This document shows positions 26,281 through 35,059 of a DNA stretch of 64,000 nucleotides, piece after piece (the first letter of the stretch is position 1; the number at the start of each line of letters is the position of its first letter). The notes under the pieces are model-generated. The model made no database searches. It was given only the letters and a program-made list of their open reading frames with translations, and had not been told where the DNA came from. Source of the stretch: Nanobdellota archaeon (GTDB lineage: Archaea > Nanobdellota > Nanobdellia > Pacearchaeales > GW2011-AR1); NCBI GenBank assembly GCA_021818475.1, contig JAKADZ010000001.1:5997-69996 (forward strand), in the 5' to 3' direction. Both the position numbers and the translations under genes were made by a program.

Positions 26281-27429
26281 ATGAAATACTTATTTATCCT
26301 TGGAAGAAACGTTGAACTTTCAATTGCTGAAATAAAATCTTTTTTAGAAAGAGAAAAAATTAATTTTAAAATTATATCTAAAATCAGCAACGGCATTTTA
26401 ATTGAAACGGAGAACCTCCAGCGGGTTCTTCCCAGTTCCAGCAACCAGATTAAAGAAAAAAATCTGAAAGGGATAATAGAAAAATTAGGCGGAACTATTT
26501 CTATCGGGGAGGTTTTAACCGAAGGAACTCCGGAAAAAGTTTCAAAAGAACTTGATAAAATAACTCTTTATTCAGGAAAAGAAAACAAACTTAACTATGT
26601 AGTTTTCAATTTTCACGGAAAATATTACATCGACATTTTAATTTATCTAAAACAGAGATTCAGGGAAGAAAAATTAAAAGCAACTGAGAAAAAAATTACA
26701 GGAAATATAAAACTTCAGAGCGGAGAGCTTGTCCCAAATCTTACTTCAAAATTAATCGGGGAAAAATATTTTGTATTCGAGGACTGTTTTGGCAAAATAA
26801 TAGAAACTGTTGATTACGAGAAAATTGAAAAACGGGATATGGAAAAACCTGTAAGAAGAGAGGAACTTTCAATTTCTCCGAGGCTGGCAAAAATTATGAT
26901 TAATCTTTCAAAAGTAAAAGAAGGAGAAACTTTGCTTGACCCTTTCTGCGGAATAGGTGTTGTTCTTCAGGAAGCACTTTTGCAGAATATAAAAGTAATT
27001 GGGGTTGATATCGATAAAGAGGCAGTGAAAAATGCGAAATTAAATCTTGAATGGTTCAAATTTCCTAAAGAAAATTACCAGTTAATCAACGAAGATTCCT
27101 CAAAAATAAAAATCCCAAAAGTTCAGGCAATTGCAACAGAACCCGATTTGGGCGAGCTTCAGAAAAAAATACCTTCTTTGCAGAAAGCAGAGGAAATTGT
27201 AAATGGTTTTGAAAAATTGATAATAAAAATAATAAACAATCTGAAGAAAAATGTCGAGGGCAGAATAGTTTTCACTGCCCCTTTGGTTAGAACAGGAAAA
27301 AATAAAATCGAATGCGATTTTAACAGGATAAGTTCATCAACTGGATTGAAGATTGCAAAGGGATTTCCAATCCCCGAATTTCGCGAAGATTCCATAGTCG
27401 GAAGAAGCATTGTGGTGCTGGAGAAATAG
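26281..27429 (+). CDS. Trm11/Trm-G10-family tRNA guanine-N2 methyltransferase (putative)
   Basis: Starts MKYLFILGRNVELSIAEIKSFL, with methylase motifs LLDPFCGIGVV and TEPDLG. The start was moved to ATG 26281; the stop is TAG. Confidence 0.6.
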   Translation: MKYLFILGRNVELSIAEIKSFLEREKINFKIISKISNGILIETENLQRVLPSSSNQIKEKNLKGIIEKLGGTISIGEVLTEGTPEKVSKELDKITLYSGKENKLNYVVFNFHGKYYIDILIYLKQRFREEKLKATEKKITGNIKLQSGELVPNLTSKLIGEKYFVFEDCFGKIIETVDYEKIEKRDMEKPVRREELSISPRLAKIMINLSKVKEGETLLDPFCGIGVVLQEALLQNIKVIGVDIDKEAVKNAKLNLEWFKFPKENYQLINEDSSKIKIPKVQAIATEPDLGELQKKIPSLQKAEEIVNGFEKLIIKIINNLKKNVEGRIVFTAPLVRTGKNKIECDFNRISSSTGLKIAKGFPIPEFREDSIVGRSIVVLEK

Positions 27430-27444
27430 TCCAAAGATTTGATA

Positions 27445-27520
27445 CACTCGCTTCAAAGTCGCTCGCAAATTTTCTGGTTCAGAAACTGACTCTGTCAAGT
27501 TTCTTCACAATTTTTATTTG
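27445..27520 (+). repeat. Dispersed repeat family B2 copy, containing the 22-nt hairpin at 27482..27503
   Basis: cactcgcttc...attttctggttcaGAAACTGACTCTGTCAAGTTTCttcacaattttt aligns with 52598..52663. The hairpin is 53 nt downstream of the Trm gene stop. Confidence 0.75.
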
Positions 27521-27553
27521 TTATAACAGAAAAATTAAAATGCGTTTATAATT

Positions 27554-27662
27554 AGTTGAACAATCTTATTTCAAATTTTATCTTTTAACTTTTTCCTTTG
27601 AGGAGAAATCTGCTGGATGCGATTTCGGAGCAATAATTTAACGAACGAAGTGAGTGAATTGA
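27554..27662. repeat. Family B1 repeat copy with a degenerate hairpin at 27605..27626
   Basis: agttgaacaatc...tttttcctttgaggaGAAATCtgctggatgcGATTTCggagcaataatttaacgaacgaagtgagtg aligns with 22220..22328. Confidence 0.7.
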
Positions 27663-27775
27663 CTCCGAATTCTTTAATCAACGTTTGCTTAACTATTTAA
27701 CCTTAAAAAAGGGGTGATAAAATTTTCTTAAAACCCCCTAACTTAGTGTAAATAATACATATACTAAACCCCAAT

Positions 27776-27789
27776 AATCTTTAAATAGT
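27776..27789 (+). promoter_or_regulatory. Archaeal BRE/TATA-like box AATCTTTAAATAGT
   Basis: Lies about 25 nt upstream of ATG 27809 and is the same 14-mer as 45388..45401. Confidence 0.5.
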
Positions 27790-27808
27790 GTAATAAATAC
27801 ATTAAGTT

Positions 27809-28666
27809 ATGGAAAAACAAACAAGAATTACTTATGTCGAAGGATGGCCTGAAAATGTCCCGCTTAGCTTCGATTATCTTCAATCATTAAAAATTACAGA
27901 GAGATTAACTGGTACGGGAGATTTGTACAGAGCAGGAAGAGTTTGGAATTATGAGGGGTCTTTAGAAAGAGAAGATTTTGACGCGATTGATAAAATATTT
28001 CGCTCAGACCAATATCTTGAATTGGCTTCAGATAAAGAAAAATTTTTAGAAAGATTAAAACTTGCTTTAAATAAAGAGAAACTATTAACAAATACATTGC
28101 ATGAAACTCAAATTATTCATCCTCTTCCAAAACGAACTCCCCGAAAAGGCATAATCGGGAAATTATTTAGACAATATGATTTTGTAGAACAAGAACCTTA
28201 TAAAAAAGAAACAGATCACATTGGAAATATTGAGCTTCAGACAAGTAAAAATCTTATTGGAGAATTGGAAAAAATAATCGAGAAATACGGGATGCCTGAT
28301 TCAGCTATTTCTGCCCAATCATTGATTTTAAAAGAAGCCAAAAGGAATGGGGACTATTCTAAAATTGGAGAATACTTAGAATTTGTAAAGTCTAATCATT
28401 CGAATATAACTGTTTTTTTGGATAATGAACTTAAGGGAACGATACAATTTATTCCAGATGAAGAAAAAAGAAACTCTTATATTGGAGCTTATCCTGGAGA
28501 ATATGACCCCGTAAATATAAGAATTGATGTGAACGGAAAAGTGATCACAATTGAAAAAAATATGTGGTGTTGTGGTCAGGGAAATGTCACTCTTTGGGAA
28601 TTGGATGAGAAAATAAGAGAAGAAATATTAAATGAGAAGGTTGCTCATAGATTTGTAGAAGGATGA
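27809..28666 (+). CDS. Hypothetical protein, overlaps the Nudix gene start by 4 nt
   Basis: 285-aa ORF with no recognisable motif; ATGA-type coupling to the next gene. Confidence 0.55.
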   Translation: MEKQTRITYVEGWPENVPLSFDYLQSLKITERLTGTGDLYRAGRVWNYEGSLEREDFDAIDKIFRSDQYLELASDKEKFLERLKLALNKEKLLTNTLHETQIIHPLPKRTPRKGIIGKLFRQYDFVEQEPYKKETDHIGNIELQTSKNLIGELEKIIEKYGMPDSAISAQSLILKEAKRNGDYSKIGEYLEFVKSNHSNITVFLDNELKGTIQFIPDEEKRNSYIGAYPGEYDPVNIRIDVNGKVITIEKNMWCCGQGNVTLWELDEKIREEILNEKVAHRFVEG

Positions 28667-29328
28667 AATTTGCTGATTTTCCAAAACCATCGGTTACAGC
28701 AGATATAGTAATTTATACAATTCAGAATAAAGAATTGAAAGTATTATTGGTCAAAAGAAATATTGAACCTTTCAGGAATAAATGGGCATTGCCGGGGGGA
28801 TTTGTTCGGATAGAAGAATCATTGGAAGATGCTGCAAAAAGAGAACTTCGGGAGGAAACTGGTGTTGAGGAAGTTTATCTTGAACAGCTTTACACATTTG
28901 GAGAACCCAAACGAGACCCAAGGGGAAGAGTGATAACTGTTGCTTATATGGCTTTGATTAATTCAGAAAATATTTCTCTAAAAGCATCAACCGATGTTTC
29001 AGAAGCTGGATGGGTTATGATAAAAAAAATTCCTGAACTTGCATTTGACCATAAAAAAATCCTCGATTATTCCCTGAAACGATTAAGATGGAAATTTGAA
29101 TATACTCCTGTAGCATTTTCTCTCCTTCCTAAGAAATTCACCTTAAGCCAGATTCAAAGAATCTACGAAATCGTTTTCAATAAAAAATTTGACAAGAGAA
29201 ATTTTAACAAAAAGATTCTTTCACTTAATATCCTAAAAGAAGAGGGCATAAATAAAGACGTTCCATACCGCCCCCCAATGATGTACTCACTTAAGAAAAA
29301 TATCGATGAGATAGTCGAAATCCTTTAA
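28663..29328 (+). CDS. Nudix hydrolase with a C-terminal NrtR-like winged-helix domain
   Basis: Nudix box GGFVRIEESLEDAAKRELREETGV. The C-terminal ~90 aa (FDHKKILDYSLKRLRWKFEY...FTLSQIQRIYE) resemble the NrtR DNA-binding domain. Confidence 0.75.
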   Translation: MKFADFPKPSVTADIVIYTIQNKELKVLLVKRNIEPFRNKWALPGGFVRIEESLEDAAKRELREETGVEEVYLEQLYTFGEPKRDPRGRVITVAYMALINSENISLKASTDVSEAGWVMIKKIPELAFDHKKILDYSLKRLRWKFEYTPVAFSLLPKKFTLSQIQRIYEIVFNKKFDKRNFNKKILSLNILKEEGINKDVPYRPPMMYSLKKNIDEIVEIL

Positions 29329-29421
29329 CCAAAGTTTTTTAAACTAATTTTCTTGATAAACTAATATGACAGAATCAAAATCAGGAAGATTTTGATTGCC
29401 AAAATTTAAGGAGAAAAATTT

Positions 29422-29679
29422 ATGGAAGGAAGAATTATTCAGTTCCGAAGAGGAAGGAAGACAATAGTGGAAAAGCATTTTCTTATAGAAATAGACGGAG
29501 TTTCCGATAAGGAAAAAGCCGCAAAATTTGTGGGGAAAGAAGTTGTCTGGACTTCACCTGCAGGCAAAAAAATTAAAGGAAAAGTTTCTGCTGCTCACGG
29601 AAATAACGGCATCATAAGAGCAATTTTCGAAAGCGGACTTCCGGGTCAGGCAGTTACAACTAAAGTGGAGATAAAGTAA
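29422..29679 (+). CDS. rpl35ae: 50S ribosomal protein L35Ae (eL33)
   Basis: 85 aa with FVGKEVVW...GKVSAAHGNNGIIRAIFESGLPGQA; AAGGAG lies 8 nt upstream. Confidence 0.85.
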   Translation: MEGRIIQFRRGRKTIVEKHFLIEIDGVSDKEKAAKFVGKEVVWTSPAGKKIKGKVSAAHGNNGIIRAIFESGLPGQAVTTKVEIK

Positions 29680-29680
29680 A

Positions 29681-29902
29681 ATGATAACTTTGGATGTAAA
29701 ATTATCTAACAATTTTAAATTAGCTCCTGATGATTATCGTGGAGGAAGATTTGAAAATGTTGATGTTGATTCGGATGGAGATGCAATTAAAGTTTATTCT
29801 GATCTAGTAAATAATGATCTAAGTATCGGAATACAACCCTCAGGAACAGATCATGAAGGATACAAAGATTTAGGAATAATTGATTTGGGAGACTTATATT
29901 AA
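29681..29902 (+). CDS. Hypothetical acidic small protein inside the ribosomal-protein operon
   Basis: 73 aa. It starts 1 nt after the rpl35ae stop, and the next gene starts immediately after its own stop. Confidence 0.5.
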   Translation: MITLDVKLSNNFKLAPDDYRGGRFENVDVDSDGDAIKVYSDLVNNDLSIGIQPSGTDHEGYKDLGIIDLGDLY

Positions 29903-30238
29903 ATGGAACAAAAAAAAGAATTAACTTCAATTGAAAAAAAATATCCCGAGATATTGGAAAATCTAAAAAAGCAAAAAAAAGGATCTAATGTTGATAATAT
30001 AATAACCTCTTTTATCAAGGATACATTAGCTAAAATAAAAAATAAAAAAATAAATGAATTAGATATTGGAAATGCTTTTCAAATAGGAATTTTCGCAGAT
30101 AAATATGGTCTTAAAATGTCCCAAAAATTGCATGATTTTCTATTAGAACTTAGCGACTATAAAATTGAACAGGCTGGAAGATTGATGACTATTTCTGCGG
30201 TTGAGAAAGAATTAAATAAGTTGAAAATAACACAATAA
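29903..30238 (+). CDS. Hypothetical small protein inside the ribosomal-protein operon
   Basis: 111 aa; no spacing to the flanking genes on the upstream side and 1 nt to rpl10e. Confidence 0.5.
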   Translation: MEQKKELTSIEKKYPEILENLKKQKKGSNVDNIITSFIKDTLAKIKNKKINELDIGNAFQIGIFADKYGLKMSQKLHDFLLELSDYKIEQAGRLMTISAVEKELNKLKITQ

Positions 30239-30239
30239 A

Positions 30240-30800
30240 ATGGGATTAAGAAAAGCATCATCATATTCTAAGAAGCATGTTGTTCCTTTCACAAGAATCA
30301 GCAAGCAGAAAAAATACGCTTATGCAAAAGTAGTTCCGCCAAAACAAATTGTAAAATTCATTATGGGAAATCAGAAAGCAAATGGCGACGGAAAATTCCC
30401 TCACCTTCTGACTTTGGTTGCAGATCATAATGTTCAGATAAGACAAAATGCATTGGAAGCATGCAGACAATTCGTCGACAGAAAATTATTTGCCCAGATA
30501 AACGGACAGTATTTATTCAGGGTTATTCCTTACACACATCATATTCAGAGAGAAAATAAAATGTTGACAGGAGCAGGAGCAGACAGAACCCAGAAGGGAA
30601 TGCAGTTGTCATTCGGAAGAGCAATTGCAAAAGCTGCAATCGTAAAAAAAGGAGAAGGAATAATGTCAGTCGCTGTTGCAAATCCAAAAGCAGTAGCTCT
30701 TGTAAGGACACTTTTCAAGCAGATAAAATCAAAGCTGCCATGTACAACAAGAATTGAATATGAGTTTACTTCTAAACCAGCTGCAATAACTGCTCAATAA
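30240..30800 (+). CDS. rpl10e: 50S ribosomal protein L10e (uL16)
   Basis: 186 aa with MGLRKASSYSKK...FTRISK...RENKMLTGAGADR. Confidence 0.9.
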   Translation: MGLRKASSYSKKHVVPFTRISKQKKYAYAKVVPPKQIVKFIMGNQKANGDGKFPHLLTLVADHNVQIRQNALEACRQFVDRKLFAQINGQYLFRVIPYTHHIQRENKMLTGAGADRTQKGMQLSFGRAIAKAAIVKKGEGIMSVAVANPKAVALVRTLFKQIKSKLPCTTRIEYEFTSKPAAITAQ

Positions 30801-30835
30801 TTGTTACTTTTAGTTAGTAATAACAAAACAAAACA

Positions 30836-30843
30836 TTTATATA
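30836..30843 (+). promoter_or_regulatory. TATA-like box TTTATATA
   Basis: Centred about 25 nt upstream of ATG 30865. Confidence 0.4.
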
Positions 30844-30864
30844 GTTTAAAGTTATGGATATAAT

Positions 30865-31455
30865 ATGACCGAGGAAAAAGAAAAACCACCATACTTTGAG
30901 GATTTAAACAGATATCAGTATGCTAATATCGCTGCAAGATTCTCAACTAGCGAAGAAACTGCTCCATTTGCAGCCAGCGCTTTGGAAAAATTAATTTCAG
31001 GTTTCAATCTAGATAAAGATGTTTTAGAAGGGTTAAAAGCAGGAACTTTCGCTTCAAAGGAAGGAATAGAAACTGCTATTAATGTTTATGCAGGAAAATA
31101 CCAGAAAGCATTGAATTCTTTCACCCTTCCGGAATTTTATGAAGTAAGATTTTCTACATTAAAATCTGTCCTTGGAGAGGAAAAGGCAAATGCTGCAAAA
31201 GAATTTTTTGAAAAATACAAGGACCAGACAATCGGTTCAGTAATAAAAAAAGTTTCTCAGGCTAAGGCAAAAATTGAAGACCAGACCGGATTATTTGATG
31301 ACAAGGCAAAAGAAGAAGCAAAGAAAACTTTGGAAAAATTAAATCCCCTGGCAAAAGTAATCAGTTTTCTTGAGAACAGAAAATTCGAGGAAATGAGAGC
31401 AGATGCAACAAAATCAGCTTACAAGGAAAATCTCACACAACTTTTGGGAGTTTAA
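30865..31455 (+). CDS. Hypothetical helical protein
   Basis: 196-aa ORF, Ala/Lys/Glu rich. Confidence 0.5.
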   Translation: MTEEKEKPPYFEDLNRYQYANIAARFSTSEETAPFAASALEKLISGFNLDKDVLEGLKAGTFASKEGIETAINVYAGKYQKALNSFTLPEFYEVRFSTLKSVLGEEKANAAKEFFEKYKDQTIGSVIKKVSQAKAKIEDQTGLFDDKAKEEAKKTLEKLNPLAKVISFLENRKFEEMRADATKSAYKENLTQLLGV

Positions 31456-31550
31456 TTTTTATTAGATTATTTTAATTCATACTCTTTTATCACTTATTTT
31501 TTATGAACTTTTTTCTAAACTAATTTTTCTACTCTCTCATATATTTCCTG

Positions 31551-31590
31551 CGCTCCGCGCCAGACTTCGTCAAGGCGCTACGCTAAAAAT
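31551..31590 (+). repeat. Dispersed 40-nt repeat containing the 22-nt hairpin at 31557..31578 (GCGCC-AGACTTCGTCAA-GGCGC)
   Basis: cgctccgcgccagacttcgtcaaggcgctacgctaaaaat is the near reverse complement of 52716..52756. The hairpin is 102 nt downstream of the stop at 31455. Confidence 0.75.
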
Positions 31591-31611
31591 CCGTTATCGC
31601 CGCAAATTGAA

Positions 31612-31668
31612 AGTTGAACAAACGCGTTGTAATTAATTGAATCCCGATAATTTTTCTCATTAACAATT
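31612..31668 (+). repeat. Family B1 5' module only (AGTTGAACAAACGCGTTGTAATT...TTTTTCTCATTAACAAT)
   Basis: Aligns with the first ~55 nt of 22220..22328. Confidence 0.6.
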
Positions 31669-31686
31669 ATTTTTCAAGAATTTTTT

Positions 31687-32532
31687 CTAACTTTTTTCTA
31701 CACTTTGATTAACCAACTCTGCCATTACTTTCATAAATTCCTGAGTCCTTCCCTGCCACATATCAATCTCAACGCCTTTAAGGTCATTAATTTCTCCGTG
31801 GACTATTCCTTTATGAAGAACAAGCAAGTCTCTGTACCAGATAACGTATTTTAAGCTTAATCTTTTACTGTCTACAAAAGTTTCTTTCAGATCATTTGGG
31901 ATATGTTCCGGTGATGCAGGAGGAATTCCGGCGGAAATTAATGCTGCCTGTGCCGAATCAACCATCGCCCAGTATAATCCTTCTATCGAATTAAGTTCAG
32001 CAGCTTTGCTTCTGAGAATATGTGTTGGTGCTCTCTGAAGACAGTTATAAATCGCTTCAGGAGTTGATTTTATTTTTCCATTCAGCAATAAAAATTTCAA
32101 TGGCTCGAAAAATCCTGCAAAGTCAATCATCGCTTCGCCGTACCTTAAAACATTTATCACAACAGGGTCTCCTTTCATTATATCTTCCCACCATGTGCTT
32201 AATTTTATTGTATTAATATGCAGGCTTTTTTGGTAAGGATTTTTTCTGAGCAATTTATCAAGTTCTTCACGATACCATGCGATTAATTCTTCATCCCATT
32301 TTATTGCAACATCATCTATAATGATTATAATATCAATATCCGAGCCTGCAACTGCACTTTGTTTGACAGAACTTCCGAAGAGAACAACTGATTTTACCAG
32401 TTTGTTGAAATTTTCATAAACTTTTGTTGCAAAATCCATAGCAATCTCTGATTCAAGTTTCAGATTCAGTGTAGGAAAATCTTTTTTCGATGATTTAGCT
32501 GCAGCTTTTTTTGCCTCTTTTTTCTTTGCCAT
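31687..32532 (-). CDS. Nucleotidyltransferase-domain protein with a helical (HEPN-like) C-terminal half
   Basis: 281 aa with VVLFGSSVKQSAVAGSDIDIIIIIDD, the GS-x9-11-DxD minimal NTase motif. Confidence 0.7.
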   Translation of the reverse strand: MAKKKEAKKAAAKSSKKDFPTLNLKLESEIAMDFATKVYENFNKLVKSVVLFGSSVKQSAVAGSDIDIIIIIDDVAIKWDEELIAWYREELDKLLRKNPYQKSLHINTIKLSTWWEDIMKGDPVVINVLRYGEAMIDFAGFFEPLKFLLLNGKIKSTPEAIYNCLQRAPTHILRSKAAELNSIEGLYWAMVDSAQAALISAGIPPASPEHIPNDLKETFVDSKRLSLKYVIWYRDLLVLHKGIVHGEINDLKGVEIDMWQGRTQEFMKVMAELVNQSVEKS

Positions 32533-32582
32533 ATTTATATCATGTTTTATATATTTTTAAATATATATTTTATTTTTCATTT

Positions 32583-34319
32583 TTATTCCATTCCCTTTCC
32601 ACTCATTCTGCTTCCTTCTGCTCCCTGTCTCTGTCCTCCGAGTTCTACGGGCAAATGCGCAAATCCAGCGCCGAACATTTCATAATTTGTCTGTGGGAGC
32701 ATCTGTCCGTAGCCGGGAAAATAATCCTGCTGAAGTCCGAGATTCTGATTCCAGTACGGAGCCATGTTCATAGAATAAATCGGAGAGCCAAATGCCTCCA
32801 GAGTTTCCTTGAAAGGCGGGGTCTGAAAATGCTGCCACCAGTTTCCTGCTTCAATAATTTTCTTAGCATCAAATCCTTCCTTCCCGATTTTTTCAAGAAT
32901 TTCTTTTATAGGGACATTCCCCATTCCCATCGGCAGTTCAGTATGTTCCATTCCGAAGTTATCCGATAAGTGAATATGCTTAATGAAAGGCGCAACTTTT
33001 TCAGTCTCTTCGATAATATTTTCTTTTTCATATCCGTATTTTCTAATCATGTTAATATGCCCAACGTCCCATGTAACTCCTATCATTTTTTCTGCAGCCT
33101 TTTTTGCCTCGCTTTCTTTCATCCCGCTTTGGATTGCTTTCTCCTCGAATTTTTTTCTCGCTTCTTCAATAAGCCCTCTTAAATCTTCGCCTCTGCCAAA
33201 AGCTCCTCCTGCCGGCGGATTTTCAATGCTCAAAAATGGGGCCTTATCTTTGAATTTTTTATAAGAGCCAAAAGCAACATTGGAAATAGTTTCAGCTGCC
33301 TTGTCTTTTGCAAAATCATTCAGCCCGACAATTAGTTTAGGGTTGAGTTCCTTTAACAGTTCAATTCCGTCGTCGATTATTTCTTTCATCATCAACGCGC
33401 TTTTTATTTCATTCGGATTTTTTGTGATATTTGTTGCTTTTGATTCTATCTGTTTATAAAAATCATTTATCTTCCCTTTTTCAGTTTCTGAAGAACCAGT
33501 ATATGCGGTTTCAAAAAGTTGTTTCATATCATTATAAGAACTGTTAAGATAAACTGCTCCTTTACTGAATGATTTCTGCGCTTCGACTTCTTCTTCGGTT
33601 AATTCTTTCTTTGCTTTTTTTTCTGCTTCTGCAAGCACCGCAGTAAAAGCAGGTTTGCTTAACTCATCCCCGACAATTCTGACTCTTTGCCCGACCTGGT
33701 CAAGTCTCTCAAGCCAGTGTTCTTTATTATACCGTTCAATTTCTGCCTTGGGATCTTTCTTTTTTTCTTCACCCGGAAAAGTTCTTTCCTTGATGGGAAT
33801 TGCTCCGTAATTTCCGCTTTCAGGCATGATTACCATTACTGATTCTGCAGTTTTTCCTTTCTGGGGAATCTGATCAGGAAGCATAGCAGACGAATGAAAT
33901 GTCACGGGTATATTTTCGTCAGGACTGACTAAATGGCTCCTCTCAACGGCAGAAAGCATTTGTCTTTCAATTGCCTGCCTGTTTGATTCCGAAAATCCTT
34001 CTTTAGTCAACCCGGAGGGTTCAAGAATTGGCCCATGGACAGAAACAGTTGCACCAACTAATTTAGCGAGTCGATTCATTTCTTTTAAATGCTCGTCGGG
34101 AATTGATTCAAAAACTTCAGGAGTGACTGCGGAAATTTCTATATGCCTCGCTCCAGTGTGAAATTTATTCGCAGCATCTTTTACAATATTTGCAGTTCGC
34201 GGGTCAGTAGTCATCCCGAGAGTTCGAGGATTAACACGATAATTTGTGAATATGCTTCCATACTGCGGAGAAAGAGAAGAGTAACCTCCCTGATAAATAC
34301 TGCTCGTGTTATCACCCAT
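32583..34319 (-). CDS. Xylose-isomerase-like TIM-barrel protein with a long helical insertion (function unknown)
   Basis: 578 aa. The N-terminal HIEISAV...VSVHGP and C-terminal WDVGHINM...IKHIHLSDN resemble AP_endonuc_2 barrel halves, separated by about 250 aa of charged sequence. Confidence 0.5.
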   Translation of the reverse strand: MGDNTSSIYQGGYSSLSPQYGSIFTNYRVNPRTLGMTTDPRTANIVKDAANKFHTGARHIEISAVTPEVFESIPDEHLKEMNRLAKLVGATVSVHGPILEPSGLTKEGFSESNRQAIERQMLSAVERSHLVSPDENIPVTFHSSAMLPDQIPQKGKTAESVMVIMPESGNYGAIPIKERTFPGEEKKKDPKAEIERYNKEHWLERLDQVGQRVRIVGDELSKPAFTAVLAEAEKKAKKELTEEEVEAQKSFSKGAVYLNSSYNDMKQLFETAYTGSSETEKGKINDFYKQIESKATNITKNPNEIKSALMMKEIIDDGIELLKELNPKLIVGLNDFAKDKAAETISNVAFGSYKKFKDKAPFLSIENPPAGGAFGRGEDLRGLIEEARKKFEEKAIQSGMKESEAKKAAEKMIGVTWDVGHINMIRKYGYEKENIIEETEKVAPFIKHIHLSDNFGMEHTELPMGMGNVPIKEILEKIGKEGFDAKKIIEAGNWWQHFQTPPFKETLEAFGSPIYSMNMAPYWNQNLGLQQDYFPGYGQMLPQTNYEMFGAGFAHLPVELGGQRQGAEGSRMSGKGME

Positions 34320-34389
34320 AAACTACCAACGAAGATTTTATTTATTAATTTATCCATAAGTATATAAAATTTAATTTCGTAAATAAATT

Positions 34390-34830
34390 ATGGAAAAAAT
34401 TCCTTTATGGTTCAGTTTTTTATTTCTTGCAGGAGGATTGATTTTAATCGGGGATATTTCCCTTTCAAAAATTACAGGGAACGTTATTGCAGAAACTCCT
34501 TCACTGGGGATTTCATCAATAGGATTTTTATTTTTGATTTTGGGAATTGTTTTATTTGTTGTTGCACAGGAATCAAGATTAGAAAGAAATCTTGCACTGG
34601 AAATTAAAAAAAGCGGAAGAGTAATTGACAAGCCGAAAGAATTACTTCACGTTGCTAAAAAAATGGGATATGATTTGAGGAAACCTGTCCGTGAGGGAAT
34701 TCCTGTTTATAGTTCATCCGGTGATTACATAACTGTTATACCAACTCATGCAGTTTCTCCGGGAGTATCAAGAGGGATAATCAGCGAACTCGCGAAAGGA
34801 GAATCTACTTTCAGAAAAAGAAATTATTAA
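34390..34830 (+). CDS. Membrane-anchored protein with a HicA/YcfA-like C-terminal domain (tentative)
   Basis: 146 aa with two N-terminal TM helices. The C-terminus (LLHVAKKMGYDLRK...ITVIPTH...GVSRGIISELAKG) follows the HicA pattern but lacks an obvious catalytic GSH. Confidence 0.4.
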   Translation: MEKIPLWFSFLFLAGGLILIGDISLSKITGNVIAETPSLGISSIGFLFLILGIVLFVVAQESRLERNLALEIKKSGRVIDKPKELLHVAKKMGYDLRKPVREGIPVYSSSGDYITVIPTHAVSPGVSRGIISELAKGESTFRKRNY

Positions 34831-34891
34831 TTTTAAAATATTTTATTGAAATAAACCGAATTTATTTTAAGCTTAAACTGAACTAATAAAT

Positions 34892-34990
34892 AGTTGAACA
34901 AGAATTTAGGATTTTTCTTAATTAACAAATCCCTGCGAAGAAATCTGACGAAGTCGATTTCGAAGTAAAGTAGATTTTGCGAATCAAGAA
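34892..34990. repeat. Family B1 repeat copy, containing the 22-nt hairpin at 34940..34961
   Basis: agttgaacaag...atttttcttaattaacaaatccctgcgaaGAAATCTGACGAAGTCGATTTCgaagtaaag aligns with 22220..22328. On the minus strand the hairpin is 99 nt downstream of the stop of 35060..36469. Confidence 0.75.
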
Positions 34991-35059
34991 TTATTCTGAA
35001 TTAAATTTTTTTCCTGTAGGAATTTTTCCCAATTAACATTATCAGAATTAATTTGTTGT

